DNA of 64,000 nt from an uncultured virus (IMG/VR IMGVR_UViG_3300001605_000032). Taxonomy: Duplodnaviria > Heunggongvirae > Uroviricota > Caudoviricetes. A program made the position numbers and the translations under genes. The stretch covers positions 1-64,000 of IMG/VR virus record IMGVR_UViG_3300001605_000032, one strand, 5' to 3'. A model generated the notes under the pieces. It worked only from the letters and a program-made list of their open reading frames with translations. It did no database searches and was not told the DNA's origin. This document shows, piece by piece, positions 36,999 through 47,748 of this stretch. Within the stretch, counting starts at the first letter, position 1. Each line of letters opens with the position of its first letter.

Positions 36999-38873
36999 TC
37001 AGTCCGTAGCTGGCGGCGGCAGAGCAGCGATGGTGTCTATCGCTCGCTTACGCTCGTCCATGATCCAGGCGTCAATGACATCGTGGCCGAGCGCCACGTC
37101 GCCAGCACCCAACTCGGCTACTACTTCAGGAGGAACGACGAACTCGCCGTCAGACAGCATGACCGGAATTTCGTCCGATCCGACCCCGCCACCATCCGCC
37201 CTGCGACGAGGCATCCCAACCCCGTACGGTCCCGTTTTGAACATGCGCTCAAGCGCCTTCAGACCAGCATTGGTGTTGCCCTGTCCCATGTGCGATACAA
37301 TGTCGGCTGGCAAAACGTGACTTCCAGATCGCGCAGTGGCTGGCACCTTGTCTGCTCTGCCGCCAGTGGCCCCGTACAGTGGTCCGCTGATGCCGCCGCC
37401 TCTTGCTCTGCCGGCAATGCCGCGCTGCCCAATCACATCCTCGACCGGCTCCACATCAACGCTATGCCCCGGTGCAGCGCTGCGAAGAATGTCGTCTGAT
37501 TGCATCTCGACCGTTGACGGTGTCGCCATTGATGCGCGCACTTCGCTGCCTGCCGGATCACGCTCTGTTATCGCCACTGGCCGCTCGCCGGTTCTGCGAA
37601 CGATGTCCATCACGTCGTCCTTGGATATCGGGCCAAGCCCAAGTACCTCGTTCTCACGCCCCATGGCGGATGCACGCAGGATTTCTTCGCCAGTGATCTG
37701 GATGGGATCGAAGTGAAACACGCCGCGCTCTGTTTCGACGCGATCCATGCCGGGTGGCAACGGAAGTTCCGGCGTACCGCGCGGGAACATCTGCGCTGGC
37801 CGGCGTCCCTCGATCAGTTGGCGTTGCTGTGCGCGAAGGCTATCCGTCGTCTCCGGCACATTCATGCCAGTGTCGTCGACCGCGCCACCGTCTGCGTATG
37901 GCATGCGGCCGATGCCAACAAGACGATCCATCATGCCTTGGGTGTACGTGTCCCGGCTCGGCATCAGAGATGGAACAGCAAACCGACCAGCGCCGCGATC
38001 ATCGGGAGCCGCATTGCCGTCAAGTGCACCACCATCCGCCCTTGCAAGCCGCATCGCCGTCCTGGCTTTGTCCATGTATGGCACCGTAGCGTTGAATTCG
38101 ACGTTGGCGGGACGGATCGGCTGATGCGCGAACTGCATCTCTTGCTCCGGAGCTTCCGATCGCGATTTGCCATAGCCTGACATGAGGTTGGCGATCTTCA
38201 GCGCAGACGCGCCGTAATCGGATAGCGAGGCGAGCGCGGAAGGCTTCTCGGCAGGTGGTGCCGATGTCGTGGCAGTGGGTGCCGGTGTTGGTGCCGCCGC
38301 GACGGCAACTGGCGCATCACGTGGCGGCGGCGTCGCGGCGGCTGTCCGCGTATCAGATGCCTGATACCGCTCGTTTGGCGTCAAGAACCATTCGCCGTTG
38401 ACGTTGGTATAGTCACCGGCCGCAACCGCCTTGGTTGCCCAGTTCGGCACCAGCACTTCGCCATGACCCGGCACGTTCATGCGCACTGCCGAGCGCACCA
38501 TGGACGGGTCTTTGTTGTAGTACGCCTGCATTCCGGCTGGCGAGAAAAAGTGGGTCTGTCCTGGCTTCAGCGGTCCTTCGCCGGACGACAGCCGATCGTA
38601 CTCCGCTCCCCACTTGTCGATGGCTTGCGGCGTTACCTCGCGCCAGCGATGGCCTAGTGCAATTGGATCGTAGTGGCGCAGGTGCCGCGCCGGATCGCCA
38701 CCTTCTGCTTGTATCCTGTTGCGGAACGCGTGCCCGACTGCGACAGACCCAGGCCCGCGCTGCTCCAACTGCATGACGGCGGCGGCATAATCGCGCTCTG
38801 TCGGATCGCGGCCAAGCACGTTGCGCAGGTAGGCTTGGAACTCTGGAACGCGCCGGTCCCGCCAGTCAGCCAT
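36999..38873 (-). CDS. virion protein with N-terminal SleB-like cell-wall hydrolase domain
   Basis: LEQRGPGSVAVGHAFRNR...THFFSP...PNWA resembles Hydrolase_2; C-terminal GGRADKVPA and SDEIPVMLSDGEFVVP motifs; repeated ADGG. Confidence 0.6.
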   Translation of the reverse strand: MADWRDRRVPEFQAYLRNVLGRDPTERDYAAAVMQLEQRGPGSVAVGHAFRNRIQAEGGDPARHLRHYDPIALGHRWREVTPQAIDKWGAEYDRLSSGEGPLKPGQTHFFSPAGMQAYYNKDPSMVRSAVRMNVPGHGEVLVPNWATKAVAAGDYTNVNGEWFLTPNERYQASDTRTAAATPPPRDAPVAVAAAPTPAPTATTSAPPAEKPSALASLSDYGASALKIANLMSGYGKSRSEAPEQEMQFAHQPIRPANVEFNATVPYMDKARTAMRLARADGGALDGNAAPDDRGAGRFAVPSLMPSRDTYTQGMMDRLVGIGRMPYADGGAVDDTGMNVPETTDSLRAQQRQLIEGRRPAQMFPRGTPELPLPPGMDRVETERGVFHFDPIQITGEEILRASAMGRENEVLGLGPISKDDVMDIVRRTGERPVAITERDPAGSEVRASMATPSTVEMQSDDILRSAAPGHSVDVEPVEDVIGQRGIAGRARGGGISGPLYGATGGRADKVPATARSGSHVLPADIVSHMGQGNTNAGLKALERMFKTGPYGVGMPRRRADGGGVGSDEIPVMLSDGEFVVPPEVVAELGAGDVALGHDVIDAWIMDERKRAIDTIAALPPPATD

Positions 38874-38891
38874 TGCTTAGATTTCCCCCAA

Positions 38892-40308
38892 TCACGCTAT
38901 GCATTGGGCTGTCAAACCGCTGGCCATACGTGTGGTGCCGTTATCGCCATACCAAGTCGTCGGGTTTCCATCTGCTGTTTCGAGCCACGCGATGACACTC
39001 AAGCCAAGACCGGGGTAGTCCTCGTAGAACGCACTCATCTGTGCTGATCCATTTGGTAGGACACCAAACGTTTTGGCCGAATTGACAGAAGTCGAATTAA
39101 TCCCAACGCCGACCGCAATAGCGCCACCACCAGTGTTTGTATACGCTACGACGACGTTGGCCGAAACATAGTTCTGTTGCAGACCTTGAATGACTGAAAC
39201 TTGATTAGACGTCGACCCATTTGCCTGTCTCCACGTAGCCGTATTATATGACCAACTGTTCGTGCTTTCAACAACATACAACCCGCGCTTTACGCCGTTG
39301 AACGCATTGAACACGAAACGGTTTGATCTGCTGTCCTCCGTCGTTCCTGCGGTTGATCCGGTTCTAATCGTCCCAAGATACGTTCCAGCGCCGGCAGCAA
39401 CGGCATACGTCGACGCGCCGTTTCTGGCCGTCATGGATACGGTGTTGGTCCATAGCCCGCTGGCAAGAGATATCTGCGTGGTCCCAGCGCCCGTTCCACG
39501 GGCTGTCGACGACGTCCAAGGCGGCCCCGACCCGATGCGAACGGTAGAACCGTCGAGGAAGCAAAACACGTCGTAATTCGTGTTGGCCGCGTGATTTGGG
39601 TTGTTGAGCGTCAGCGTCAGTTCACCACCCGTGATCGTCACAGGCGCGAATTGAGTCGGCGCCGACGCGCAAGATCCATAGACGGGAACGGTGTTGCCGT
39701 TCGTGGCGGTGTAATAGACAGACGTCGCCGCAGTTACGTCGCTGGTCGTGACCGGAACGCCAGTGGTTAGCGTCAGGCGGACCCCCTGGCGTCCATTGNA
39801 ANGGGGGGACGACGAATGTAGCATCCTCACGAAGATATCGGCCAGTGCCTGCTGTAGAGCCGGGATCTGGCACCAAGCCTTCAACAGAACTGGCGCCAGA
39901 TGCAACGAAGACTTCGCCGGGATTGTCGTTGCCATACCTGCACCCGTTCGTCGTGTCAGCAATCACCGCAACGCAATACCCTTGCGGGATTTCAAGCGGG
40001 GTTCCAACGCCGTTCGTGACGGTTATTGTGAACGCGCCCGTCGTCCGGTTTTCGCAGTACCAGAACCCGACGCAGGCGTTCGTGATGAGAATGTTGGCAG
40101 AGATCGTGCCAGTCAGGCGAACAACAAGGTTCTCGGCTTCCGAAGCTGAAAGCGTGACGTTGGCGTTAGTCAGAGCTTTGGTGACGATGCCACCAAGGTT
40201 GTTGTCGACAATCTGGAAAACGTCGGTATTAAGGACTGCGCCCCACGTACCGGAATTGGAGCCCGTCGATTGTAGCTCGTAGCCCTTGGCGCTTGTGACT
40301 GCCACCAT
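38892..40308 (-). CDS. tail fibre/baseplate-like protein (apparent frameshift at Ns near 39800)
   Basis: N-terminal GYELQSTGSNSGTWG...DNNLGG tail motif; Thr/Gly-rich C-terminal part (GRQGVRLTLTTGVPV) in another frame across the ambiguous bases. Confidence 0.65.
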
Positions 40309-40320
40309 GGTCTCCCGTGT

Positions 40321-40548
40321 TTATGGGGTATAGTAAGGGATCTTCACGGACGTCCCGTTTGGAAGTGTCGTGTTGAGATAACCCAACGGAGTTGCTGGCA
40401 GTGCCGATGCGCCACCCGCAGCACCGACCGTCGTCGCAGTCGTTGTCACTTGCGGAAACACTCGATTGATCGCCTTGATCAGTTCCGACATGTTCTGATT
40501 GAGCGTCTGGATCTGGCTTAAAACCCGCTGGTCGACTTGCTCGGCCAT
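40321..40548 (-). CDS. small virion protein
   Basis: MAEQVDQRV...GASALPATPLGYL...KIPYY. Confidence 0.65.
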   Translation of the reverse strand: MAEQVDQRVLSQIQTLNQNMSELIKAINRVFPQVTTTATTVGAAGGASALPATPLGYLNTTLPNGTSVKIPYYTP

Positions 40549-42818
40549 CAGTATCTCCCATCCCGCGTTGCTCTGTAGCGCATCAAGCCCAGTCGCCACC
40601 ACGAACTCAGATCGTTGCTTCCTATGCGGAACCTCGTCCGGTGCCCGCGCAATCGCGTCGTCAGGTACAGCGTATCCGTGTCGTACGGGAGAGCACCCGA
40701 CGTCATCACCTCACCCGTGAGATCGTTGGTGATCGTCGTCGTGATCGTCATGTCCGCTTCGGTATCGCTGTCGACCTTGCGATATTTCATGTCCGGTCTG
40801 ACCTGATCCATGAACATGCAGTCGTTGCCTTCGGCGATCATCACGTCGCCGGACTCGACGTACGAGTCCATCGGCTGGCCGTCTGCACTCTCTCCGTCCT
40901 CGTGCTGGTAGATTAGCCCAGCAGATGTTCCAGAAAGCGGGTAATCCAGAACGCCAAGATCAATCCCGGCGGAGCGAGCAAGGACTCCCTTGTCCCACGT
41001 TGGAGCAGGACCAACGCTGAGTTTCACGTACCGCGAGCACTCGCCAGTAGCGTCATTGGCGCTTGGATAGAAGAACCAGACCTCGCTAAACGAGGAAACC
41101 GCCCATGCCCAGCACTTATGCTGATTGGCGACGTCGAGATCCTGAAACACGTCATCCCACACCGTGCACGGCAGCGCTTCAACGCTACCGCCTGCCAAGA
41201 AGTAAAAGTTGTTGAACCCCATCCAGAATACGCGATCTTGAAGGATCGCCACGGCATGTTGAGCTATGAGACCAGACCCGCCGCCGATCTCGTTGAACGT
41301 AAACACCAAGGGTTGGCCGGTGTAAGTCATCGACCACACGCCGGCATCGGTGAACAGGAGGGCTTGGTTCGGCCCCTGAATGCCGCTGACAATCTCGGAG
41401 CCGCGTGGAATGCGTGCGGACCCTACTTGATTGGTCGTGTCGATCGACCAGTTCAAATAGTCGTCCTGGTCTGACCACCGCACGAGCAACGGATCTTGAT
41501 ACCCGCCAATTGCGTTCGCAACGGACTGCGTCGTCGACCCATACGCCACTAGGATTTGCGCGGGCTGCGAGACAAACATGCCACGGTTGAAGATCGGCGC
41601 GTTGTCTGTCGATACGATCTGCGCCGTCTCAAACCCGCCATCCGGGTCCCACGAATAGATGCCGCCGTTTTTCGGGCACGACATGAGGGTTTGCCCCCAT
41701 GTATCGAGCGTCCAGTCCGTGGTTGTGATGGCTGTTCCGGTTTGAGCGGAACTTGACGAACCAAGCCCGTATGTGCCCGTGCCGTATGTGCCGAGGCCAT
41801 ACCCAGCGCCAGCCGGTGCAGGGCCTAATGCTATGTAGTACAGCAGTTGCGCTTCGCCGGAATTCATCGCCACGGTGGTCGTCGAACTGGCCGACGTGGC
41901 AGCCGTGATCGTAAAGTCATCGACGCTTCCGACGTCATTGATCGTGTACGTGCCGATGATCTCGACACCACCAACAGTCGTCGAGATCGGAAACGTGATG
42001 CGACCACCAACTGACAGCCCATGACCGGGAAGCGTCACGTCGATGGACGGCGAACCGCTTGCCACGGAGAACAGCGGCACGATCCCGCCGTACACAAACC
42101 CGCCGCTGGTGTACGCGGTATAAGCCGTCGAATTGATGCCAACCAGTTCAAACGTATCTGCGGCAACGTTGGCGACTTCGTAGATGTTTCCGTTCAACTG
42201 CGTCATGCCGCCGACGCCAGTGATGTAGACGTAGTCGCCGTTGGCTCGCCCGTGAGCGACGGCAGTGACAACACAAGGGTTAGCCTGCGTTGCACCCGTG
42301 ATTGCGATCGTCGAGACAGTCGCCGTCGCATCCGACGACGCGGTGATGTTGTACGACGTCGCGCCCGTGACCAGTGCGATCGGATAGGCACCAGCCAAAA
42401 TGATCCCACCCACCGATACCGGCGTGTTAAAATACACCGTGTCGTAGATGGAGACGTTCGATATGTTCGGATCGGTGATCGAGACAGTAGCCGATGCCGA
42501 CGTGGTCTCGAAATCAGGCACAAAGTCGGAAAGCAGCGTCTGCGGCGTGATGTCTGCCAGCGTTCCGGACGTGATCACGCCAAGAGTTGATTGAGCGCCG
42601 ACTGCCAAGTGCTCAGTGCCGTCAAAGTCGCGCCAATCGAACATGGCCCGGATCGGACTGGCAATTGAGAACGGCCAGAATTTCGTCCACCCGCCGATCT
42701 TCTGAGGTAACCCACCCACGAACCGTATGAGGTTCGATCCAGACCAGCCGCCCTCATTAAGTGTTTCAGTGAAGGTTGTATTGATCCCTGGCCGAAACTT
42801 GATCGAGGCGATGGGCAT
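40548..42818 (-). CDS. tail tube/nozzle (packaged-DNA stabilization-like) protein
   Basis: 756 aa; FRPGIN, PQKIGGW, DPLLVRWSDQ and EVWFFYPS; inserted ITGATQANPCVVT (E1-FCCH-like) domain. Confidence 0.75.
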   Translation of the reverse strand: MPIASIKFRPGINTTFTETLNEGGWSGSNLIRFVGGLPQKIGGWTKFWPFSIASPIRAMFDWRDFDGTEHLAVGAQSTLGVITSGTLADITPQTLLSDFVPDFETTSASATVSITDPNISNVSIYDTVYFNTPVSVGGIILAGAYPIALVTGATSYNITASSDATATVSTIAITGATQANPCVVTAVAHGRANGDYVYITGVGGMTQLNGNIYEVANVAADTFELVGINSTAYTAYTSGGFVYGGIVPLFSVASGSPSIDVTLPGHGLSVGGRITFPISTTVGGVEIIGTYTINDVGSVDDFTITAATSASSTTTVAMNSGEAQLLYYIALGPAPAGAGYGLGTYGTGTYGLGSSSSAQTGTAITTTDWTLDTWGQTLMSCPKNGGIYSWDPDGGFETAQIVSTDNAPIFNRGMFVSQPAQILVAYGSTTQSVANAIGGYQDPLLVRWSDQDDYLNWSIDTTNQVGSARIPRGSEIVSGIQGPNQALLFTDAGVWSMTYTGQPLVFTFNEIGGGSGLIAQHAVAILQDRVFWMGFNNFYFLAGGSVEALPCTVWDDVFQDLDVANQHKCWAWAVSSFSEVWFFYPSANDATGECSRYVKLSVGPAPTWDKGVLARSAGIDLGVLDYPLSGTSAGLIYQHEDGESADGQPMDSYVESGDVMIAEGNDCMFMDQVRPDMKYRKVDSDTEADMTITTTITNDLTGEVMTSGALPYDTDTLYLTTRLRGHRTRFRIGSNDLSSWWRLGLMRYRATRDGRY

Positions 42819-42827
42819 TAGGCTGGA

Positions 42828-43532
42828 CTATCCTCTCTGCGGGACTGCGATTGGAGATGGGTTCTTGCTGGTCCAAGATACGGACTGCCACCGCTTGCGG
42901 TGTTCTTCGATGTTCGCGGATGCAATAGCTGTTTGAAAGTTCTTCTCCCATGACATCGCCATGCCTTGGTCCTCGGCGCTGGCCCCGAAATTTTTCTGAT
43001 ATCCGGCCGCGAACACCATTGACGCTGCGACGAAGCAATCCTGCAAGTAGTCGGTCAGGTACGTGCTTGTGTTGGTCGATGACAGAGGTGCGGGCCTGAT
43101 CTCGCCGACCACCTCCATACCCCATGCAGAGCCAGGCGCTGGCGCAACAGCTATTTCTTGGTCGGTGATCATAGCGAAGTATGCCGGAACCGCAGCCGCG
43201 CTCGTGGCCGTTTCAGATGGATAGCTAGCGTCCATCCATTCGAGCGATACCGGCTCAAGGCTAGCGACCCGCACACCGTTGCTCAGCACGTTTATTTGCT
43301 GGAGCACGACGAACCGGCCCTGCCCTTGAGGCAATGTGAAGTTGCGGCTGTCTCCGGTAAGAAACGCAGTTCTATCCCGCACCGTCGTCGAAAGCAGATC
43401 TAGTTCTCTGTATATTCGTTGCTCGGCAGACGCGATGATCGACGGCAGGATTTGGACGAACTCGGCTTGCGTCGGCGAAGTTGCCATCAGATTGGCGATG
43501 GTCGTCACGTACGTCGCGTAGGTCAGTGCCAT
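42828..43532 (-). CDS. head-tail adaptor protein
   Basis: LTYATYVTTIAN...AEQRIYRELDL...PAYFA...APAP; position between head and tail genes. Confidence 0.7.
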   Translation of the reverse strand: MALTYATYVTTIANLMATSPTQAEFVQILPSIIASAEQRIYRELDLLSTTVRDRTAFLTGDSRNFTLPQGQGRFVVLQQINVLSNGVRVASLEPVSLEWMDASYPSETATSAAAVPAYFAMITDQEIAVAPAPGSAWGMEVVGEIRPAPLSSTNTSTYLTDYLQDCFVAASMVFAAGYQKNFGASAEDQGMAMSWEKNFQTAIASANIEEHRKRWQSVSWTSKNPSPIAVPQRG

Positions 43533-43535
43533 TGA

Positions 43536-43703
43536 TCAGTCCTCACGCGGCTCCGGCGACAATTTTGTTTCCGCCACGCGATTCTGCAATCGCACGATCT
43601 CGGCTTCAAGAACACGAACCTGTGCCGCTAGATCAGCAGAGCGATCCATCGCCGCGTTACGCTGCGCTTGCAGTTCAGAAATAAGCGCCTGACCTCTGAT
43701 CAT
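43536..43703 (-). CDS. small coiled-coil protein (possible spike chaperone)
   Basis: MIRGQALISELQAQRNAAMD...; ATGA-coupled to the spike gene. Confidence 0.55.
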   Translation of the reverse strand: MIRGQALISELQAQRNAAMDRSADLAAQVRVLEAEIVRLQNRVAETKLSPEPRED

Positions 43704-46102
43704 GCTGCCGTTGTAAGAGCCGTCCATGTCGTGCTCCCGTTCGTGTTGATGTACGCCCGAGTCGATGTTGTGGAACCGTCCGACCGCAAATATAGCGACC
43801 CTTGGCCAGCTGACACGGTCGGCGCTCCAGACCCGTAGTAAATGCCGAACCCTGCTGTCGTTCCGAACAGCAGTGCTCCTGCAGTAGACCCTCCCGCTGG
43901 TGTCGCTGTTGCCGACGCGACCGTCACCAAACCCGAAAGAGCCAGCGCGCCACTGGAATGCGTGGCTGTGAAATTGCCGTTGTTGAAGTTGATGACGCCG
44001 CCGGATGCCAGGAACAGGTCGGACCACATCAGTGCCGTCGAGCCAAGTGCTGTGCCATCCGACGCCCCCGGCGATAGCACGCTACCCTCAAGCCTCAACT
44101 TTTCGGCGAGTGTGCCACCAACGACAATGTTGGCAACGAATGCCCCGTCCTCGGATGTAGACGTATTGTCAACGGACAGAAAATCGAACCTGCCGTACAC
44201 TTGGCTGTTGCCTGCACTGTCTTTACCGTACGCCTCAAATATTCCGATGTATGCCGACGCCGCGTGCGCATCCGTTCTATTAAACGTCAATGTAGCGGCG
44301 CCACCATCGGCACGGTTGACTGCGATTTGAGTGGTTGCGTTGACAGTTCCCGTCAACGACATTCGACCTTGAATCGTCTTGTTGGTCACTGCCTCGACCC
44401 AACCATCCGCAGTCGGATACTCGACAAGATTGCCCGTGCCGCCATCGGTGAAAGCAAACAACGTCGTCGTCGGGTTCATCACCATGACGCGGTTGTTGAT
44501 CGAACCGACACCGAGCACGAACGTGCCGTCCATGTATCCGAGCACGAACCGATTATAGGCACCATAGCACGTCATCGACGTGCCTCCTGGAGCCTCTTCG
44601 TCCATGGCAAAGAACGTAATCAGATTGTCGTTGGTGTTGACATCACCAGATGGGCCGAACACGCCGTTCGCGTAATTGCTGAACGAGTTATAAACCGTGA
44701 TCCGATTGACCTGGACGGCGCCATCTGCGGCGCTCACCGACTCCGCATAGACGCCGCCGCCGTTGTAGCCAAGCTCGCCAAGCGTGATGTCGTTGTCCTG
44801 GATGTGCTGCCCGGTATAGGCATCGTTGCTGGAGTTGAGCCACGCACCGTACTTGGTAAACTGCGTGATCTTGCCGACAAAGATCTCCGAGAACTGGCAG
44901 TTCCTGATCTCGATGCCGCTGGTGCCGCTGGCGTTGATGCTAGCCGGAAGAACGACGTTGCCGTTGACCGACAGCAGACCAGCTATCCAGATCTTGTACC
45001 CTGTGTTGCGCCCGACGCTTGGAAGTGTGGAGCCGATGACGATGCACGATCCGCTCGTCGGCGTGTAATTGAGAAATCCATAGCAGGTGAAGATGATCGG
45101 CTTTGAGAGCGTCAGTGACGTGCCGATCTTGTAGACGTAGCCGGCAGGTGCGTACACCATGCCGGCAGCGCCTTGCGTTGGTGTCGTTATGCCCTGCGCA
45201 TAGTCGAACGCAGCCTGGAATGCCGCAGCATCATCTGTTGATCCATCGCCGACCGCGCCAAAATCGAAGACAGACACGATCTCGCGGGCTTTGGCCTGCC
45301 ATGTGCGCGTAGTCGCGCCAGTGCCGGCTTGAAGGAAACCCGCCCATGTCGGATCTGCGCCAGCGCCATTCGTCTGAAGGTGATAGCCCGATGTGCCAAC
45401 AGCCAGCGCTGCCCACGACGCTGCGCCACGGTAAAGAACATTGCCCCGCGTCGACCCTAGGCTATCAAGAACGCTGGTGACCGTCGACCACGCCGGGTCC
45501 GTACCGTCCGATCCAAGCAATGTGTTTGCGCCACCAATGGCAAGCCGACCATTACTGGAAGCACCCCGCGCGATGATGTCGCCACGTGTCGTGGTTGGCG
45601 CAAGCGCATCGAAGCCAACTGCTGCTGTGGCGCCCCCAGTTCCGCCGTTGGCTATCGCCAGTGTTCCAGCCATAGTCAGCGTGCCAGACGACGTAATTGG
45701 CCCACCAGAAAACGTTAGTCCCGTCGTACCGCCGGAAGCATCGACGCTACTAACGGTGCCAATCTCCGATGTCCAATACGTATCGTAATCTGTACCGGAT
45801 GCCTTGGTCAGAAATTGACCTGTAGTCCCACCGGCAGGCACGGTGCCTGATATAACCGTGATAGCTTGATCGAGCGTGCACGAGTAAGGCTGCCCGTCGC
45901 TGACCTTATAAAGCGGTATACGAAACCCGCTTGGCGGCGATGGATTGCCACTGCCGGATAAAGCAGGCAGAACACCGACCGTCTTAAACAACTGCTCGGT
46001 GGTCAGTCGATACGAGTTGTCGTTGTAGGCAATCTCCAACTCTTCATCGCCCGTCAGCGCAACCGAGCGCGCCGCAAGTTGAGGGATCTTCTTCGTTGCC
46101 AT
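43700..46102 (-). CDS. tail spike with pectate-lyase-like beta-helix
   Basis: GTLAIANGGTG shaft; VSVFDFGAVGDGSTDDAAAFQAA beta-helix cap; C-terminal GSLYLRSDG motif. Confidence 0.8.
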   Translation of the reverse strand: MATKKIPQLAARSVALTGDEELEIAYNDNSYRLTTEQLFKTVGVLPALSGSGNPSPPSGFRIPLYKVSDGQPYSCTLDQAITVISGTVPAGGTTGQFLTKASGTDYDTYWTSEIGTVSSVDASGGTTGLTFSGGPITSSGTLTMAGTLAIANGGTGGATAAVGFDALAPTTTRGDIIARGASSNGRLAIGGANTLLGSDGTDPAWSTVTSVLDSLGSTRGNVLYRGAASWAALAVGTSGYHLQTNGAGADPTWAGFLQAGTGATTRTWQAKAREIVSVFDFGAVGDGSTDDAAAFQAAFDYAQGITTPTQGAAGMVYAPAGYVYKIGTSLTLSKPIIFTCYGFLNYTPTSGSCIVIGSTLPSVGRNTGYKIWIAGLLSVNGNVVLPASINASGTSGIEIRNCQFSEIFVGKITQFTKYGAWLNSSNDAYTGQHIQDNDITLGELGYNGGGVYAESVSAADGAVQVNRITVYNSFSNYANGVFGPSGDVNTNDNLITFFAMDEEAPGGTSMTCYGAYNRFVLGYMDGTFVLGVGSINNRVMVMNPTTTLFAFTDGGTGNLVEYPTADGWVEAVTNKTIQGRMSLTGTVNATTQIAVNRADGGAATLTFNRTDAHAASAYIGIFEAYGKDSAGNSQVYGRFDFLSVDNTSTSEDGAFVANIVVGGTLAEKLRLEGSVLSPGASDGTALGSTALMWSDLFLASGGVINFNNGNFTATHSSGALALSGLVTVASATATPAGGSTAGALLFGTTAGFGIYYGSGAPTVSAGQGSLYLRSDGSTTSTRAYINTNGSTTWTALTTAA

Positions 46103-46473
46103 CAGTCGCTTGACCCCGTGTAGTCCTCTGACGCTGTGCTGTCGAGAACACGATCTTCGTCGGCTTCGGTAACGCGCTGATCACCATCCTCGGTCGCGCG
46201 GTAATCGACCTCGTCGAGCACATACGGCTCTGGACGCGGATCAATCAGCGGCAGCGGATCTGGCGGGATGATGATGGTGCGCAAAAACTCGGACGGCGTG
46301 TCCATGCATGTCGGGCAAACGCGAAGGCGAAGGTTGATCAGGTCGGTGCCGGCCCACTGGTATTGGTAGCTCAACCTAAAGAGGTTGTAGTTAAACCCAC
46401 ATCTATCACAGGTTGACCAACCTTTTGGGTTGCTACTGTCTACTTCGGCTCTACCATGCGGGCGCCACGGCAT
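46102..46473 (-). CDS. zinc-finger virion-associated protein
   Basis: CDRCGF...VCPTCMD...PPDP.P..DPRP. Confidence 0.75.
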   Translation of the reverse strand: MPWRPHGRAEVDSSNPKGWSTCDRCGFNYNLFRLSYQYQWAGTDLINLRLRVCPTCMDTPSEFLRTIIIPPDPLPLIDPRPEPYVLDEVDYRATEDGDQRVTEADEDRVLDSTASEDYTGSSD

Positions 46474-46476
46474 GTC

Positions 46477-47205
46477 TCAATCCACCTGCGGGGCTCGGTA
46501 GTACCCACCGAAGCTGGGCGATATAAACATCTGCACTTGCTCCATGTCCTGGCTCGCCGCGATCTCCCAAGACTTGCTTGCGCGCTTGTCGAGGATGTCA
46601 GCGAACGCCGGCCCAAGAGCGGCCTTTGCCTTCTCCGGGTAGACAGCGCCAAGCCGATCAGCGAGGCCGTCCACAAACGCCGTGTGAAATCGATACGGGA
46701 TATCCAGAGTCGTGCCGTTCGGGATCGTCGCGTCCTGAGCTTGGCGCACGCAGCGCAGCTTCAGCGTGTACGTGAAGTTGTCATCCGGCACCGGCCACAT
46801 CGTGATCTGCGGCGTGATCTGGCGATTGAACCAGTACGACGTAGGATAGCCCTGCACCGCTTTGTTGGGCTGCGCCGCGTACTCGACAGTGCTCATGGCA
46901 CCAAGCGGGCGATCTGTGGTTTGGCTTCCGGTCGTCGTCGAGATGTAGGCCATCTGAATGGCAACGATCTCGGGATCAAGCGTGTACGTCGCCGTTCCAT
47001 CGACAAGCGTCTCGCTTTTTAATTCCGAAAGCCACAAGTTCGGCTGGAGATTCGCCCACTGACAAAGCAACAGGTTGGACTCGAACGTCGCGTCCGACAT
47101 GTGCTCTACGACGATCTCAGTCCGTCTCAGCCCAATACGTGCGTAGGCTGCGATAATGTGGCGAGACAGTGCTGGATCGAACGAGTACGTGCCAGACGTG
47201 GTCAT
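46477..47205 (-). CDS. head completion/adaptor protein
   Basis: MTTSGTYSF...NLLLCQWAN...PNKAVQGYPTSYWFNR...WPVPD. Confidence 0.7.
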   Translation of the reverse strand: MTTSGTYSFDPALSRHIIAAYARIGLRRTEIVVEHMSDATFESNLLLCQWANLQPNLWLSELKSETLVDGTATYTLDPEIVAIQMAYISTTTGSQTTDRPLGAMSTVEYAAQPNKAVQGYPTSYWFNRQITPQITMWPVPDDNFTYTLKLRCVRQAQDATIPNGTTLDIPYRFHTAFVDGLADRLGAVYPEKAKAALGPAFADILDKRASKSWEIAASQDMEQVQMFISPSFGGYYRAPQVD

Positions 47206-47215
47206 GATCGAACCC

Positions 47216-47536
47216 TTACGTCACCGTGATCGTCGCAACCGCTTCACGTGCCGCCGTTGCCGCCTGTTCGCGCTCGACGGATGCAACGTGGGCAACCGAA
47301 CCCGCCACGATGCCCTCGAACCACGCCTCCAAGACTTCCTGAATGGTCGGCTGGCGCGGGACGGATGGGGTCTCCTCCGTCGCGACCGTCATCCATCGGC
47401 CAGCGTAGGACCGGGCATAGGCTGCGATCAGCCGGCCGCTGTCCTGCTCGCTGACCTCTTTGGCAATGACGATGCCGCCCCCATTGGCGACAGTGCCGAC
47501 AGTGCTTCCCTCGACGGTGAGAATGATCTTACCCAT
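47216..47536 (-). CDS. hypothetical protein after the fibre gene
   Basis: 106-aa ORF in the operon. Confidence 0.6.
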   Translation of the reverse strand: MGKIILTVEGSTVGTVANGGGIVIAKEVSEQDSGRLIAAYARSYAGRWMTVATEETPSVPRQPTIQEVLEAWFEGIVAGSVAHVASVEREQAATAAREAVATITVT

Positions 47537-47723
47537 GGGCTTCGTCCTTTGCCGGGAGGTTGATCACGTTGGACTGCTCAGGCTCGGCCGGCTTGGCGAT
47601 CTGTTCCAGCAGCGCCGTGATGCCGATGATCTGGGCACTGTTGGCGATGCCCTGGATGGTCAAGGAGTTGAGACGGCCGGCGATTTCCTGAAGCTGCTGC
47701 TCGGTGATGGTGAAGGTTTTCAT
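47529..47723 (-). CDS. hypothetical small protein
   Basis: Starts MKTFTITEQQLQE; RBS upstream. Confidence 0.55.
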   Translation of the reverse strand: MKTFTITEQQLQEIAGRLNSLTIQGIANSAQIIGITALLEQIAKPAEPEQSNVINLPAKDEAHG

Positions 47724-47748
47724 GGGGTTTCCTGTTTTACGGTGACGT

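Noticed and set aside
39790..39810. Phase-variable poly-G or programmed frameshift in the tail gene
   Set aside because: The G run is flanked by N calls and cannot be distinguished from low-quality sequence.
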